Shown piece by piece: positions 8,492 through 18,013 of a stretch of 64,000 bases of DNA. The number at the start of each line of letters is the position of its first letter. Position 1 is the first letter of the stretch. A program made the position numbers and the translations under genes. The notes under the pieces were generated by a model. The model was not told the origin of the DNA. It searched no databases and worked only from the letters and a program-made list of their open reading frames with translations. This DNA comes from Paramuribaculum sp. GTDB taxonomy: Bacteria; Bacteroidota; Bacteroidia; Bacteroidales; Muribaculaceae. Where the stretch lies: positions 59 to 64,058 of the forward strand of contig JAIDJW010000033.1 of assembly GCA_029052015.1 (NCBI GenBank). Reading direction: 5' to 3'.

Positions 8492-9835
8492 TCAGTCTAT
8501 TTCTTCATCGGCTTCGTAACCGCCCATCTCGCGGATAGCGTTTTTGAGCATGGTGTACTGCTTGAAGAGATGATTCACCGGCACCTCTCCATTTATATAA
8601 TCATGCATGGGGCTCTTCAGGAAGAAACTGAGGAAGCGCTGTATGCCATGACGGCCTGCACGGGCGGCAAGATCGCTCAGAAGCACGAGGTCAAGACACA
8701 GTGGCGCGGCAAGGATAGAATCGCGGCAGAGGAAATTAATCTTAATCTGCATGGGATAGCCCATCCAGCCGAAAATGTCGATATTGTCCCAGCCTTCCTT
8801 GCTGTCATTGCGCGGAGGATAGTAGTTGATGCGCACTTTGTGATAATAGCCCTGATGACCGCCTTCTTCAGCGCCACCGCAGTTGGCATTGTAAAGGTCG
8901 GGCTGCTCTTCTGGCACGAGGATTGATTCGAGAGTCGACAACTTCGAAACCTCCTTGGTGCGGAAGTTGGCTGGCTCGTCGAGCACAAGACCGTCACGGT
9001 TGCCGAGAATATTGGTTGAGAACCAGCCGCTGAGACCGAGACACCGTGTGCCTATTATGGGTGCAAAACCTGATTTCACAAGAGTCTGACCGGTCTTGAA
9101 GTCCTTGCCGGCGATGGGCATGCGGGTCTTTTCGCTGAGTTCCCACATTGCGGGGATGTCGACTGTAGTGTTTGGAGCGCCCATGATGAAGGGTGCGCCC
9201 TCGCTTAGTGCGGCGTAAGCATAGCACATGGAGGGAGCTATATGCTCTTTGTCGTCTGCCTGCATTGCTGCCTCGAGGGATTCGAGCGAACCATGCACTT
9301 CCTCATCAACAGGAACATATACTTCAGTAGAAGCAGCCCAGAGAACCACAACGCGCTCCACTCCGGTCTCTTTTTTAAAGCTGCGGATATCCTCGCGGAG
9401 TTGTTCTACCATTTCCCAACGGGTTTTGCCGGTCATTATATTGTCGCCATTCAGCCGCTTTGCATAATTGTGGTCGAATGCCGCCTTCATGGGCACAATC
9501 TTTTCAAGCTCGTCCTTAACCGGCTCGATATCCTTGTCATTAAGCACTTCCGCATATTTCGCGCTCTCGTACGCATTTGCGGGGTAAACATCCCATGCGC
9601 CGAACACTATATCATCAAGCTTAGCCAAGGGCACAATATCCTCATATTTCAGATATTTTTTTTCTGAGCCTCTGCCCACACGAATCTTATCATACTGGGT
9701 CATTGCGCCTACCGGCTTGGCAAGACCTTTGCGGGCCATGAGGACACCTGTCATAAATGTTGAACTGACAGCGCCGAGACCGACCACAAGAACGCCTAGT
9801 TTACCGTCTGCTGGCTTTACCGTTGCCTTGTTCAT
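8492..9835 (-). CDS. ino1: myo-inositol-1-phosphate synthase (MIPS)
   Basis: VGLGAVSST Rossmann motif, VVLWAASTE, GKDFKTGQT, NILGNRDG, CRDSILAAPL, SFFLKSP. Confidence 0.96.
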   Translation of the reverse strand: MNKATVKPADGKLGVLVVGLGAVSSTFMTGVLMARKGLAKPVGAMTQYDKIRVGRGSEKKYLKYEDIVPLAKLDDIVFGAWDVYPANAYESAKYAEVLNDKDIEPVKDELEKIVPMKAAFDHNYAKRLNGDNIMTGKTRWEMVEQLREDIRSFKKETGVERVVVLWAASTEVYVPVDEEVHGSLESLEAAMQADDKEHIAPSMCYAYAALSEGAPFIMGAPNTTVDIPAMWELSEKTRMPIAGKDFKTGQTLVKSGFAPIIGTRCLGLSGWFSTNILGNRDGLVLDEPANFRTKEVSKLSTLESILVPEEQPDLYNANCGGAEEGGHQGYYHKVRINYYPPRNDSKEGWDNIDIFGWMGYPMQIKINFLCRDSILAAPLCLDLVLLSDLAARAGRHGIQRFLSFFLKSPMHDYINGEVPVNHLFKQYTMLKNAIREMGGYEADEEID

Positions 9836-10044
9836 GGTTTGGAAATATGTTGGTTATTATTACTTCTATCATTCTGTTTTCCTACTCGTTTTTATGCACC
9901 GATGCGGAAAAAGCGTGTAAAAGTACATCTAATTTTTTGTATGCAAAATTATTTGTAATATAAACTCCACTTATTTTTGTGAATGATGTTTAATTTATCA
10001 TTGCAAATGACAACAATCAATAAATTACCTCGGAAATCACAATG

Positions 10045-10773
10045 TCAACTGTGAATATTCAATAACGGCAGGTTGCAGACCTCCGAGAGCTTGTGGATAC
10101 TCATGGCAGACACTTCCGCACTCGATTCGTCATCATCCCATCCATTACCCACAAGCCGGACAGTGTTGCACCCGAGACTCGCAGCAGGTATAATATCTTT
10201 TTTCATACTGTCGCCAACAACAAGCACCTCATGCGGGCAAAGTCCGAGATCTTCGACTCCGAGGGCAAAAATTGCGGGGTCGGGCTTGCGCACACCGACG
10301 ACCGCACTTTCTATCACAGCCTTGAAATAACTGCAAAGACCGTAGTCGGCGAGCACAGAATTTACATTGCCATAGAAATTGGAAACAAGTACCATCGGGA
10401 CACCTGCTTTGCGGAGCGTTTCAAGAGTCTGCCGCGACTCGACGGTGCATTCCCTCGCATAATCATCACAATAGGCGGCAATTTCGCCAGAATGAGATGC
10501 CGCAGTGCCCGGAGCAACCACTCCATTATCTTCAAGAAATTCGAGCTCTATGCGTATTTTTATCTCCATTAGAGCACGGAAAGTGTGGTGGGGCTCAATA
10601 TAGCGCTTCTTTGCCAAGGCTCGCTCGGCATGGACGTAGGCCTCTTTGAAGTCTTTCTCGCCGACATCCACTCCTGCTGCGCGGTAGCCCCGGCGGATAA
10701 TATGGCTCCAGTGTTCACCACGGCTGTCAAGAGTGCCGCCGTAGTCAAATATCACACCTTTTATCGCCGCCAT
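10045..10773 (-). CDS. HAD family hydrolase (candidate inositol-phosphate or phospholipid phosphatase)
   Basis: IFDYGGTLDS, LVSNF, RKPDPAIF and VVGDSMKKDI HAD motifs, within the inositol cluster. Confidence 0.88.
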   Translation of the reverse strand: MAAIKGVIFDYGGTLDSRGEHWSHIIRRGYRAAGVDVGEKDFKEAYVHAERALAKKRYIEPHHTFRALMEIKIRIELEFLEDNGVVAPGTAASHSGEIAAYCDDYARECTVESRQTLETLRKAGVPMVLVSNFYGNVNSVLADYGLCSYFKAVIESAVVGVRKPDPAIFALGVEDLGLCPHEVLVVGDSMKKDIIPAASLGCNTVRLVGNGWDDDESSAEVSAMSIHKLSEVCNLPLLNIHS

Positions 10774-11707
10774 AATCGTTGTGTTGTAGCATCGCTGTCA
10801 TGCGACGGCATATCCGTTCGTGACGGACCACCATCATGACAAGTATGAAATTGAGCACCGTCAGCTCAAAGGCGAAATAAAGCCAGGGCATCTTCACGAG
10901 CAATGCCGTGAAAAGCGCTATTGTGCGCCAATTGAACGACAGGATATTGGTATATTTCATCAGCGGCAGACTACTCTTCCGGAAATCATCACGGAATTTT
11001 TTCGGAATGTCGCCATTGGGAAAACGGCATGACAGCTCCGCTCTCAGACGCTGCATCGACTTGGCTGTAGCCTCCTGCTGAACGGTGTAGTTGGTGTATA
11101 CTGTCAGAAACAGCTTCTGCCAGAACTCTTTCTTCCAGCTCATTGACGCAAGGCGCCGCTTCAGGCTGAATGCGCGCTCAAGCTCACTGCCATCCTTACC
11201 TTTGAGAAAATAAAGATGAAACTGCCGGTAGTAATCTGCCATAGCAGCCTGCTTTGCATGACACAGTCCGGTAACTGCCGCGATAAACCATATCAGCCAC
11301 GGATGAGCCATAAAGAAGTCGGAAGTGACATTTTCGCGCAGACATATAGCTGCGTATATGCTCACAAACCACAGGTCGCCGCTGAGTCCATCAAGAATCC
11401 TGCCTAAGCGCGAATAGCTGTGGGTCATTCGGGCGAGCTGTCCGTCAGCGCTGTCAAAAGAGTTAGCCCACACAAGCAGCAGCATGCCGAGGATATTTAC
11501 CCAGTATGTATTGAAGTACATCAGTATACCGGCTCCGACACCCAGAAATATTGAGGCGATAGTGATAGCGTTGGGAGTGACACCTAACTTCATTGCCAGG
11601 CGCGCCCACATATATCCAATAGGGCGATAGAACGCAAGGTCTATCCCCTCCTCGGTGTCAAGCGATTTCAGGCTGTTTTTGTAGGACTTGTCAGCAGTCT
11701 CAGTCAT
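10745..11707 (-). CDS. CDP-alcohol phosphatidyltransferase family protein 1
   Basis: TPNAIT and DSADGQLAR...GRILDGLSGD motifs with multiple TM helices. Confidence 0.92.
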   Translation of the reverse strand: MTETADKSYKNSLKSLDTEEGIDLAFYRPIGYMWARLAMKLGVTPNAITIASIFLGVGAGILMYFNTYWVNILGMLLLVWANSFDSADGQLARMTHSYSRLGRILDGLSGDLWFVSIYAAICLRENVTSDFFMAHPWLIWFIAAVTGLCHAKQAAMADYYRQFHLYFLKGKDGSELERAFSLKRRLASMSWKKEFWQKLFLTVYTNYTVQQEATAKSMQRLRAELSCRFPNGDIPKKFRDDFRKSSLPLMKYTNILSFNWRTIALFTALLVKMPWLYFAFELTVLNFILVMMVVRHERICRRMTAMLQHNDYGGDKRCDI

Positions 11708-12558
11708 TTCAGCAAACGAAGTGCGTATGTTTTGTCACGCAAAAACTGTCCAAGTGTGGCAGGACTCTCACGATACGGGAGCTGCTGCTCAGGAGTGATG
11801 ATGTCGCCTATGCTGACATGAATCTCCTTGCCTACTTTGCGAAACACTTCTGCAGGAAGCCTCAATGATCTTGCCGGCCAGCATACATGACCGAGAAAAT
11901 TGCACCACCAACTGTTGCCTCCGTGAAAGAATATGGGTATCACAGGCACTTTCGCACGATATATTATCTGGAGCACAGAGTCCTGCCACTCTTTGTCTAT
12001 AGGCTGACCTTTCCAGTTGGTATTGCTCATAGCGCCTGCCGGAAAAAAGCCGAGCGGCTCACCATTTGCCAGCTGACGTATGGACTGACGTATACCTATA
12101 ACCGACACTGCCTTCTTGGCAGGATCTTTCTGCGCCCACGCGTCAACCGCAATGAAATTAGGTCTCATGGCCGATATCTTGTTAAGTATCATATTGACCA
12201 TGACCTTGAAATTTGGACGCCGCGAGCCGATAAGATGGATGAGAGAAATGCCGTCAAGAGCGCCGTAGGGATGATTGCTAACTGTTATGAATGATCCTTC
12301 CGGCAAATGGTCTAACACTTGCTCGTTGTCCACGCGGAGTTTAATTTTGAACTCTTCAAATAGCAATCTGCGTGTAAACTCCGGTCCGGGAGTATCACAG
12401 CACTTGCTGTGAACTGCATTCACTTTGTCTACCTGAAGAATATGGAGAAGCCAGTTGACAAGCTTCTCGTGACCGTCAAGTTTCGGAATCAGTTGTCGGA
12501 TATCCTCATAGTTCAGCACATCCGGTCTTATTTCATAATCTGGTGATATCAGGTCCAT
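11704..12558 (-). CDS. Lysophospholipid/glycerolipid acyltransferase (PlsC-like)
   Basis: NHPYGALDG, FFPAGAMS and VPVIPIFFHG acyltransferase blocks. Confidence 0.88.
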   Translation of the reverse strand: MDLISPDYEIRPDVLNYEDIRQLIPKLDGHEKLVNWLLHILQVDKVNAVHSKCCDTPGPEFTRRLLFEEFKIKLRVDNEQVLDHLPEGSFITVSNHPYGALDGISLIHLIGSRRPNFKVMVNMILNKISAMRPNFIAVDAWAQKDPAKKAVSVIGIRQSIRQLANGEPLGFFPAGAMSNTNWKGQPIDKEWQDSVLQIIYRAKVPVIPIFFHGGNSWWCNFLGHVCWPARSLRLPAEVFRKVGKEIHVSIGDIITPEQQLPYRESPATLGQFLRDKTYALRLLK

Positions 12559-12642
12559 AGTAGTGTTTTTTCCGCCGATTGAATCGAATCATTTATATAC
12601 AAGTAATTTTCCCAACAACACACCCGACTCTCCCCGAGCGAA

Positions 12643-13227
12643 TTATTGCTCATCTGCCTCCTTACACCCGTTTTCAGATGTTTTATCTTTACGTCGGGAG
12701 GTAAGAATACGGTCGATATAGAGATCCAGGCGAGTCACTTTGAACACAAAGTGGCGCTGGAGAAGAAAATTCCAAAATAAGGAGACCATAAGGGCAACAA
12801 AGAGTCGCGATGCCAAAAAGGTGCCGTTGTTGGATATCATAAACACATTCTCCTGAAGCCATAGATTATCCTTTACAAGATAATACACCACCTGGGTGCC
12901 GTAACTGTTAAGCAGCAGCGAGCCTGCCCATACCAATGAAAATTTGAACAGAGCTATACGCCAGTTCACACTATAGGCATGGAATGTGAATCTGTAGTTT
13001 ATCGCACAGTTTAGCACTCCTCCGATAAATGCTCCTATTGCCGTAGATAGAAAAGGAGTGAGATGGAGCAGAGAAAATGCAAAAAAAGCCGTGAGTGTAT
13101 CAATCCAACCGCACACCTGGGACGATACGCTTGACCTCAGCAAGGTGTAAAACAATCCGTCGCTGTGAAGTATTTGCTTCTTAGCCTTCCTGAGTTTTGA
13201 CTTTGCTTCTTGTCGCGCAGAATTCAT
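12643..13227 (-). CDS. GtrA family membrane protein (candidate lipid flippase)
   Basis: Four TM segments with NCAINYRFTF and WNFLLQRHFVF GtrA motifs. Confidence 0.88.
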   Translation of the reverse strand: MNSARQEAKSKLRKAKKQILHSDGLFYTLLRSSVSSQVCGWIDTLTAFFAFSLLHLTPFLSTAIGAFIGGVLNCAINYRFTFHAYSVNWRIALFKFSLVWAGSLLLNSYGTQVVYYLVKDNLWLQENVFMISNNGTFLASRLFVALMVSLFWNFLLQRHFVFKVTRLDLYIDRILTSRRKDKTSENGCKEADEQ

Positions 13228-13919
13228 TTATCTTTCTTCGAGGGTTTCAGCGGATCAATCTTGGCAAGAGCGCGGAGGTCTTTTACCATCGACACTATAT
13301 ATGTCAGAAACAGACCTGCCGCTATTACAGCCCCAACGCAATCATACACCGAGAACTCCTGATTACCTATTCTGAGGCTGATATCGTTGAGCGGAAGATA
13401 CATATAGAGAATAAATACCAGAATGATGATGATGCGCATCTCGGTTGGTCCGAGACTTGCGTATGTGAGCTGGAATTTGCCAAGCACTATAGTGGAAAGA
13501 TAGGTATATATTGAAAGGCACAGATAGCCGCCCATTATAAACAGCGATATGCTGAGATCCATAAGGGGTGCCAACCCGAGCCCTACGCAGATGAGACATG
13601 TTGTGAGTGCATCCAGAGAGTGGTCTATGAAAAAACCGTACTTGGGTCGCTGGGCATCACGCACGCGTGCCACCGTACCGTCAAGGCTATCACCCACCCA
13701 ATTGATTACCAGACCTACACACGCAAGCCACAAATAGCTGACATTGCACTGCGCCATCCAACAGAATGCAGCATATATCACAGCTCCCGCTACGCCTAAA
13801 TATGTGAGCATATCAGAGGTTACCCAGAGCGGCAACCTTTTGCCTGCCCAAATCAGCGCTTTTTTTTCAGCAGCGTTAAGCAAGGACGTCTGAATACGTT
13901 CTGCATTTTCATTTCCCAT
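13224..13919 (-). CDS. CDP-alcohol phosphatidyltransferase family protein 2
   Basis: Canonical DSLDGTVAR...GFFIDHSLD motif and GPTEMR. Confidence 0.92.
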   Translation of the reverse strand: MGNENAERIQTSLLNAAEKKALIWAGKRLPLWVTSDMLTYLGVAGAVIYAAFCWMAQCNVSYLWLACVGLVINWVGDSLDGTVARVRDAQRPKYGFFIDHSLDALTTCLICVGLGLAPLMDLSISLFIMGGYLCLSIYTYLSTIVLGKFQLTYASLGPTEMRIIIILVFILYMYLPLNDISLRIGNQEFSVYDCVGAVIAAGLFLTYIVSMVKDLRALAKIDPLKPSKKDK

Positions 13920-14007
13920 GATTCTTCAGATGTTTTTGTTAATAGTAGTATTAATTGGAACAAGTCCCGACACAGAGAAACCCAAGTCGCTAATACTATA
14001 ATTCTTG

Positions 14008-14015
14008 CAAAGTTA
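14008..14015 (-). promoter_or_regulatory. -7 element (TAACTTTG) for the CDP-AP2/GtrA unit
   Basis: TAnnTTTG match, with a TTTG (-33) at 14034-14037. Confidence 0.55.
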
Positions 14016-14172
14016 CATAAAAATTCCGGGAGACAAAGCCACTTGCCATTGAAAAACATCCCTGACATCTGTTCCACAAACCGCGAAAACACTGGTACTC
14101 ACACAAAAAGCGCTCTCAGGCACTCCGAACAATCGAATGCGTCAGAGTTTCGGTAATATGTCGTAGGCAGAG

Positions 14173-15054
14173 CTATCTGGCAGCAGCAGCTCCGTTACAC
14201 CTCTTTATTTCTGCCATGATAGCCTTGGCTATCTGCGGAGCAGCTTCAGCACGACATGGTGCAAAACTCGGCCAGTCGTTGAAATCTATTATTCTGATTT
14301 CTCCTTCAGGCGACACGATACAGTCACCTCCATAAATCCTCACATCCAAAGCATCAGCAGCTTCCTGACATATTTTTTTGAGATATGCCACATTAAACTT
14401 TATGCCGCTGACTTCACCGTTGACACTCTCCATGCCATACTTGCTGTGGTCAACCATAAATGGATAAAACCAGTAGAAAAAAGGAGTGCCTGAAATACCG
14501 TAGAATTTTATAAGGTCACCTACGAGATGGCGGTTTATCACAGCTCTCTTAATTCCTCTGAGAAAATATTCCTGGAGCACTTCCTGAGCCTCTTCGGCAT
14601 GACGTACATAGCTAACATCCTCCTTGTGCATGGTATGGGAGTCGCCTCTCTTGATCCAGCAGTGCTCATAGCGCGCCCTGACTAATATATCGCGCACGGC
14701 CTCATCTGTATTCACTATCAGACTGTCGGGATAAGGAATATTGCTGCCCAAAAGAATACGTGTCATTCTTTCACGGGTACAATTTTCTATTCCATATCCT
14801 GAGTTTATCACGAGACAGCCTTCGTCCTCCTTTTGCTGGAGCTTCCGGATGGAACGATATTCACGACACATATTCACAATGATTCGCTCGCTTACAGCAC
14901 CCTCGGCAAACTGATCTTCGCTATAGACATTTACCTCGCACCCGCGCTTGCGCAATTGCTCGGCCACAATATTGAGGATTGCAGTGTCGTTGCCGATATG
15001 ATTGGGCGAAAAAGCTCCGGCTCTTTTTATCGCGGCTATTTTTATCTCAGCCAT
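14173..15054 (-). CDS. ATP-grasp fold protein with ITPK1-like (inositol phosphate kinase-like) motifs; function unproven
   Basis: WIKRGD, HLVGDLIKFYG and YGGDCIV-x7-IIDFNDWPSF. The ATP-grasp call is solid; the kinase call is inference. Confidence 0.75.
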   Translation of the reverse strand: MAEIKIAAIKRAGAFSPNHIGNDTAILNIVAEQLRKRGCEVNVYSEDQFAEGAVSERIIVNMCREYRSIRKLQQKEDEGCLVINSGYGIENCTRERMTRILLGSNIPYPDSLIVNTDEAVRDILVRARYEHCWIKRGDSHTMHKEDVSYVRHAEEAQEVLQEYFLRGIKRAVINRHLVGDLIKFYGISGTPFFYWFYPFMVDHSKYGMESVNGEVSGIKFNVAYLKKICQEAADALDVRIYGGDCIVSPEGEIRIIDFNDWPSFAPCRAEAAPQIAKAIMAEIKRCNGAAAAR

Positions 15055-15066
15055 TTTATATTCCGG

Positions 15067-15780
15067 TTATGATTGGTTGTTTTTGGCAAGCATTGATTCC
15101 GCGGTTGTTATATCTGCCGCATGATCGATGTCTATAATTTTGCCCATTGGCCATGCTTTGAGTTTCAGCCCGGCCTCAACGAGCGCTCTCTGATAGTTTC
15201 TCATTCTTGAGGTGCCGTTTGCAAGACAGCGGTCAAGAACTTCAAGCGCTTTGGGACCGAGTGCATATATCCCGCCGCTGACAAATTTAGCACCCGGAGA
15301 CATATTGTCTTCAAAGGCGGTTATACGCATATCGGCATCCGTCACTACATACAGCGGTTTTTCATCATCGACATAATCGGTGACAGCCATATATCCGTCT
15401 GCGTCACCATCATTTTCAAAAGCATCGATATAGCGTTTGAATTCTTCGGGTGAAAAAACCGTATCTACCGTTGTCACGCAAAATCTGCCTTCAATCCCGG
15501 CGGTAACTTCTGCGAAACTGTGCATGGAATCCGGAGTGTTTCTGACAATCACTTTCACGGGCATTTTCGATTGTGCGGCAAGTTCGCTGGCATACTCCTC
15601 AAGTTGTGTGGTCCGTGCGTTTACAATAATGCCCACACTCTCAGCTCCGACGCTTTCAAATATGTCCAGCAGCCGTTCAAGCAGGGTTCTTCCCCCCAAC
15701 TTAACAAGAGGCTTCGGCGACTCAATACCTTCGGCGGCAAGGCGTGACCCCTCTCCAGCTGCTATGATTGCAAAGTTCAT
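15067..15780 (-). CDS. Nucleotidyltransferase (NTP_transferase family; candidate inositol-1-phosphate cytidylyltransferase)
   Basis: AIIAAGEGSRL...PKPLV motif and C-terminal IDIDHAAD, in the MIPS cluster. Confidence 0.85.
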   Translation of the reverse strand: MNFAIIAAGEGSRLAAEGIESPKPLVKLGGRTLLERLLDIFESVGAESVGIIVNARTTQLEEYASELAAQSKMPVKVIVRNTPDSMHSFAEVTAGIEGRFCVTTVDTVFSPEEFKRYIDAFENDGDADGYMAVTDYVDDEKPLYVVTDADMRITAFEDNMSPGAKFVSGGIYALGPKALEVLDRCLANGTSRMRNYQRALVEAGLKLKAWPMGKIIDIDHAADITTAESMLAKNNQS

Positions 15781-16889
15781 CAGCTTTCGTCGTTCTTGGT
15801 CAAATCGAGCACAACATTATCGCTCTTATTCTTTTCGATATACTGTTTGCGCAGAGGATTTGCATATGCTCTGTCATAGGAGACACGGCTGCGCCACACA
15901 TCTATGGCGGCAAAAATTGCCTGTCTCATTGAATCGGCATCGGCAATGCCTTTTCCGGCAATGTCGTATGCTGTGCCGTGATCTGGCGATGTGCGTACAA
16001 AAGGAAGACCGGCAGTGAAATTTACGCCGCTGTTCATAGCCATTGTCTTGAACGGGGCGAGTCCCTGGTCATGGTACATGGCAAGCACTCCGTCAAATTT
16101 TGCAAACTGACCGTTGCCGAAAAAACCGTCGGCGGCGTAAGGACCAAAACAATTTATTTTCTCTGCCTGTGCCTCTGCGATTGCCGGCTCTATAATCTCT
16201 TTCTCCTCGCTGCCGAGCAGCCCCTCCTCACCGGCGTGGGGATTGAGCGACAACACAGCTATGCGCGGACGATTCACTCCAAAATCGCGTCGAAGCGAAC
16301 GCTCAAATGCTTTTAATTTTCCGAGCACAGCCTCTTTGGTTATTGCCGCGGCTATTTTTGACACCGGCAAATGAGCGGTGACCAGCGCAACCCTCAGGGA
16401 GGTTGCCGGATTGCACATTATCATGAGTGCCTTGTCACCCGGTTCGCCAAGAGATGCCTCAAGATATTCCGTGTGGCCGGGAAACTGGAATGTATCACTT
16501 TGGATTGTGTGCTTGTCAATAGGAGCTGTGACGAGAACATCTATATCGCCGGCACGCAAGTCTGTCACCGCCCTTTCAAGTGCGGCAAAAGCCGCAGCTC
16601 CAGATTCGGACGAAGGAACACCGGGCTCAACCTTCACGTCCTCACCAACCACATTTATTATATTACACTGGTCTTCACGAGCCTCTGACGCCTGCGACAC
16701 CTGATTTATCTGCATCGGCGAAGTTATCGCACCTTTGCGATAATATGCGGCAATTTTAGCTGAGCCATAAATCACCGGTGTGCACAATTCAAGCATGCGC
16801 TCATCTTCAAGAGCCTTGAGCATGACCTCATAGCCGACACCGTTGATGTCTCCCTGGGTAATGCCAACTTTTATCTTTTTATTTTCCAT
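15780..16889 (-). CDS. pdxA: 4-hydroxythreonine-4-phosphate dehydrogenase
   Basis: GDINGVGYE, TAPIDK, FPGHTEYL, LNPHAGE, AMYHDQG, RTSPDHGTA. Confidence 0.96.
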   Translation of the reverse strand: MENKKIKVGITQGDINGVGYEVMLKALEDERMLELCTPVIYGSAKIAAYYRKGAITSPMQINQVSQASEAREDQCNIINVVGEDVKVEPGVPSSESGAAAFAALERAVTDLRAGDIDVLVTAPIDKHTIQSDTFQFPGHTEYLEASLGEPGDKALMIMCNPATSLRVALVTAHLPVSKIAAAITKEAVLGKLKAFERSLRRDFGVNRPRIAVLSLNPHAGEEGLLGSEEKEIIEPAIAEAQAEKINCFGPYAADGFFGNGQFAKFDGVLAMYHDQGLAPFKTMAMNSGVNFTAGLPFVRTSPDHGTAYDIAGKGIADADSMRQAIFAAIDVWRSRVSYDRAYANPLRKQYIEKNKSDNVVLDLTKNDES

Positions 16890-16966
16890 TTGGGATTACA
16901 AGTTATGATTTAAGGAGAGTAGAGCGGTAAAATTACGTATTTTTTTTGATATTGCGGCAATATTGC

Positions 16967-17968
16967 TCAGTAGGTCTTCTCGTTGGCGAGATTCCACAAG
17001 TTAAGATACGCTGCGCGGGTAATTTCCACTGTTTTAGAGTAATTGATACGTTCACTGTGGTCTGACGGCTGATGATAGTCGGGATGACCGTCCGTATGGT
17101 ACCAAATAATCGGAATGTCTCTTTTGGCAAACGAGCCGTTATCACCTCCTCCGACCGGCCTGTCCCAAGCGCGATAATCCGGTTTGAGATTCAACCCACG
17201 CTTTGCGATATCGTCGCGCAGCCACTTCTCAAACACCGGATGAGCTTCGGTATAGAAATAAACCACATGCTCGGGAATATCCGGCTTATTGTTCCTGCCT
17301 ATCATGTCGAAATTCAGATAACCTTTGATTTTAGAGGAATCGGCCCAGTTGAGCATAAAATACTCTGACCCGAGGAGTCCTTTTTCCTCGCCATCCCACA
17401 GTGCGAAAATCACAGTGCGCTCCGGTTGCACTCCGCTTGCCAAAAAAGCGCGCGCTATCTGAAGCACGGCTGCCACTCCTGAAGCATTGTCGTCAGCGCC
17501 GTTATAAATCTTGTCGCCGTCAAGCAGCGGATCCATGCCAATATGATCGTAGTGCGCGCCTATTATCACATACTCATCGGCGTTCTTACCGGTTATCTTG
17601 CCCATGATATTGCGGAGATTGAGCTTCTGATGCACTCCCTGCTTGAGCATTGCAATGCTGTCAGGATGCACCTGATAGCGGCCTTTTTTCTGGCGTTCTA
17701 TTCTATATGCCTCAAAGGGCTGCTCGTACGAGCTGCCGTCCCAAGGCTCAAGGCCCAAAGCTATCAAATTGGCTTTCACGTAGTTGCCTGCTATTCTTCC
17801 TGACTTATAGCCTGCTTCTCTACCCTCGAGCTCGTCTGCGGCAAGAAATCCGATATGTGCCTCTGCGCTTTCACGATTGATTGTATTATATCCCTTATCT
17901 ACAGGAGATTGCGCACAGATTACAGCCGACAGACAAAGCGCTGGTATTGCTAACAGTTTATTTTTCAT
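16967..17968 (-). CDS. M28 family exported aminopeptidase
   Basis: GAHYDH, NGADDNASG, DGEEKGLLGS, NFDMIGR and YHQPSD, plus a signal peptide. Confidence 0.92.
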   Translation of the reverse strand: MKNKLLAIPALCLSAVICAQSPVDKGYNTINRESAEAHIGFLAADELEGREAGYKSGRIAGNYVKANLIALGLEPWDGSSYEQPFEAYRIERQKKGRYQVHPDSIAMLKQGVHQKLNLRNIMGKITGKNADEYVIIGAHYDHIGMDPLLDGDKIYNGADDNASGVAAVLQIARAFLASGVQPERTVIFALWDGEEKGLLGSEYFMLNWADSSKIKGYLNFDMIGRNNKPDIPEHVVYFYTEAHPVFEKWLRDDIAKRGLNLKPDYRAWDRPVGGGDNGSFAKRDIPIIWYHTDGHPDYHQPSDHSERINYSKTVEITRAAYLNLWNLANEKTY

Positions 17969-18013
17969 GAGATTGGATATTGTATGGTTATCGCAAAGTT
18001 ACAAAATAATTTT

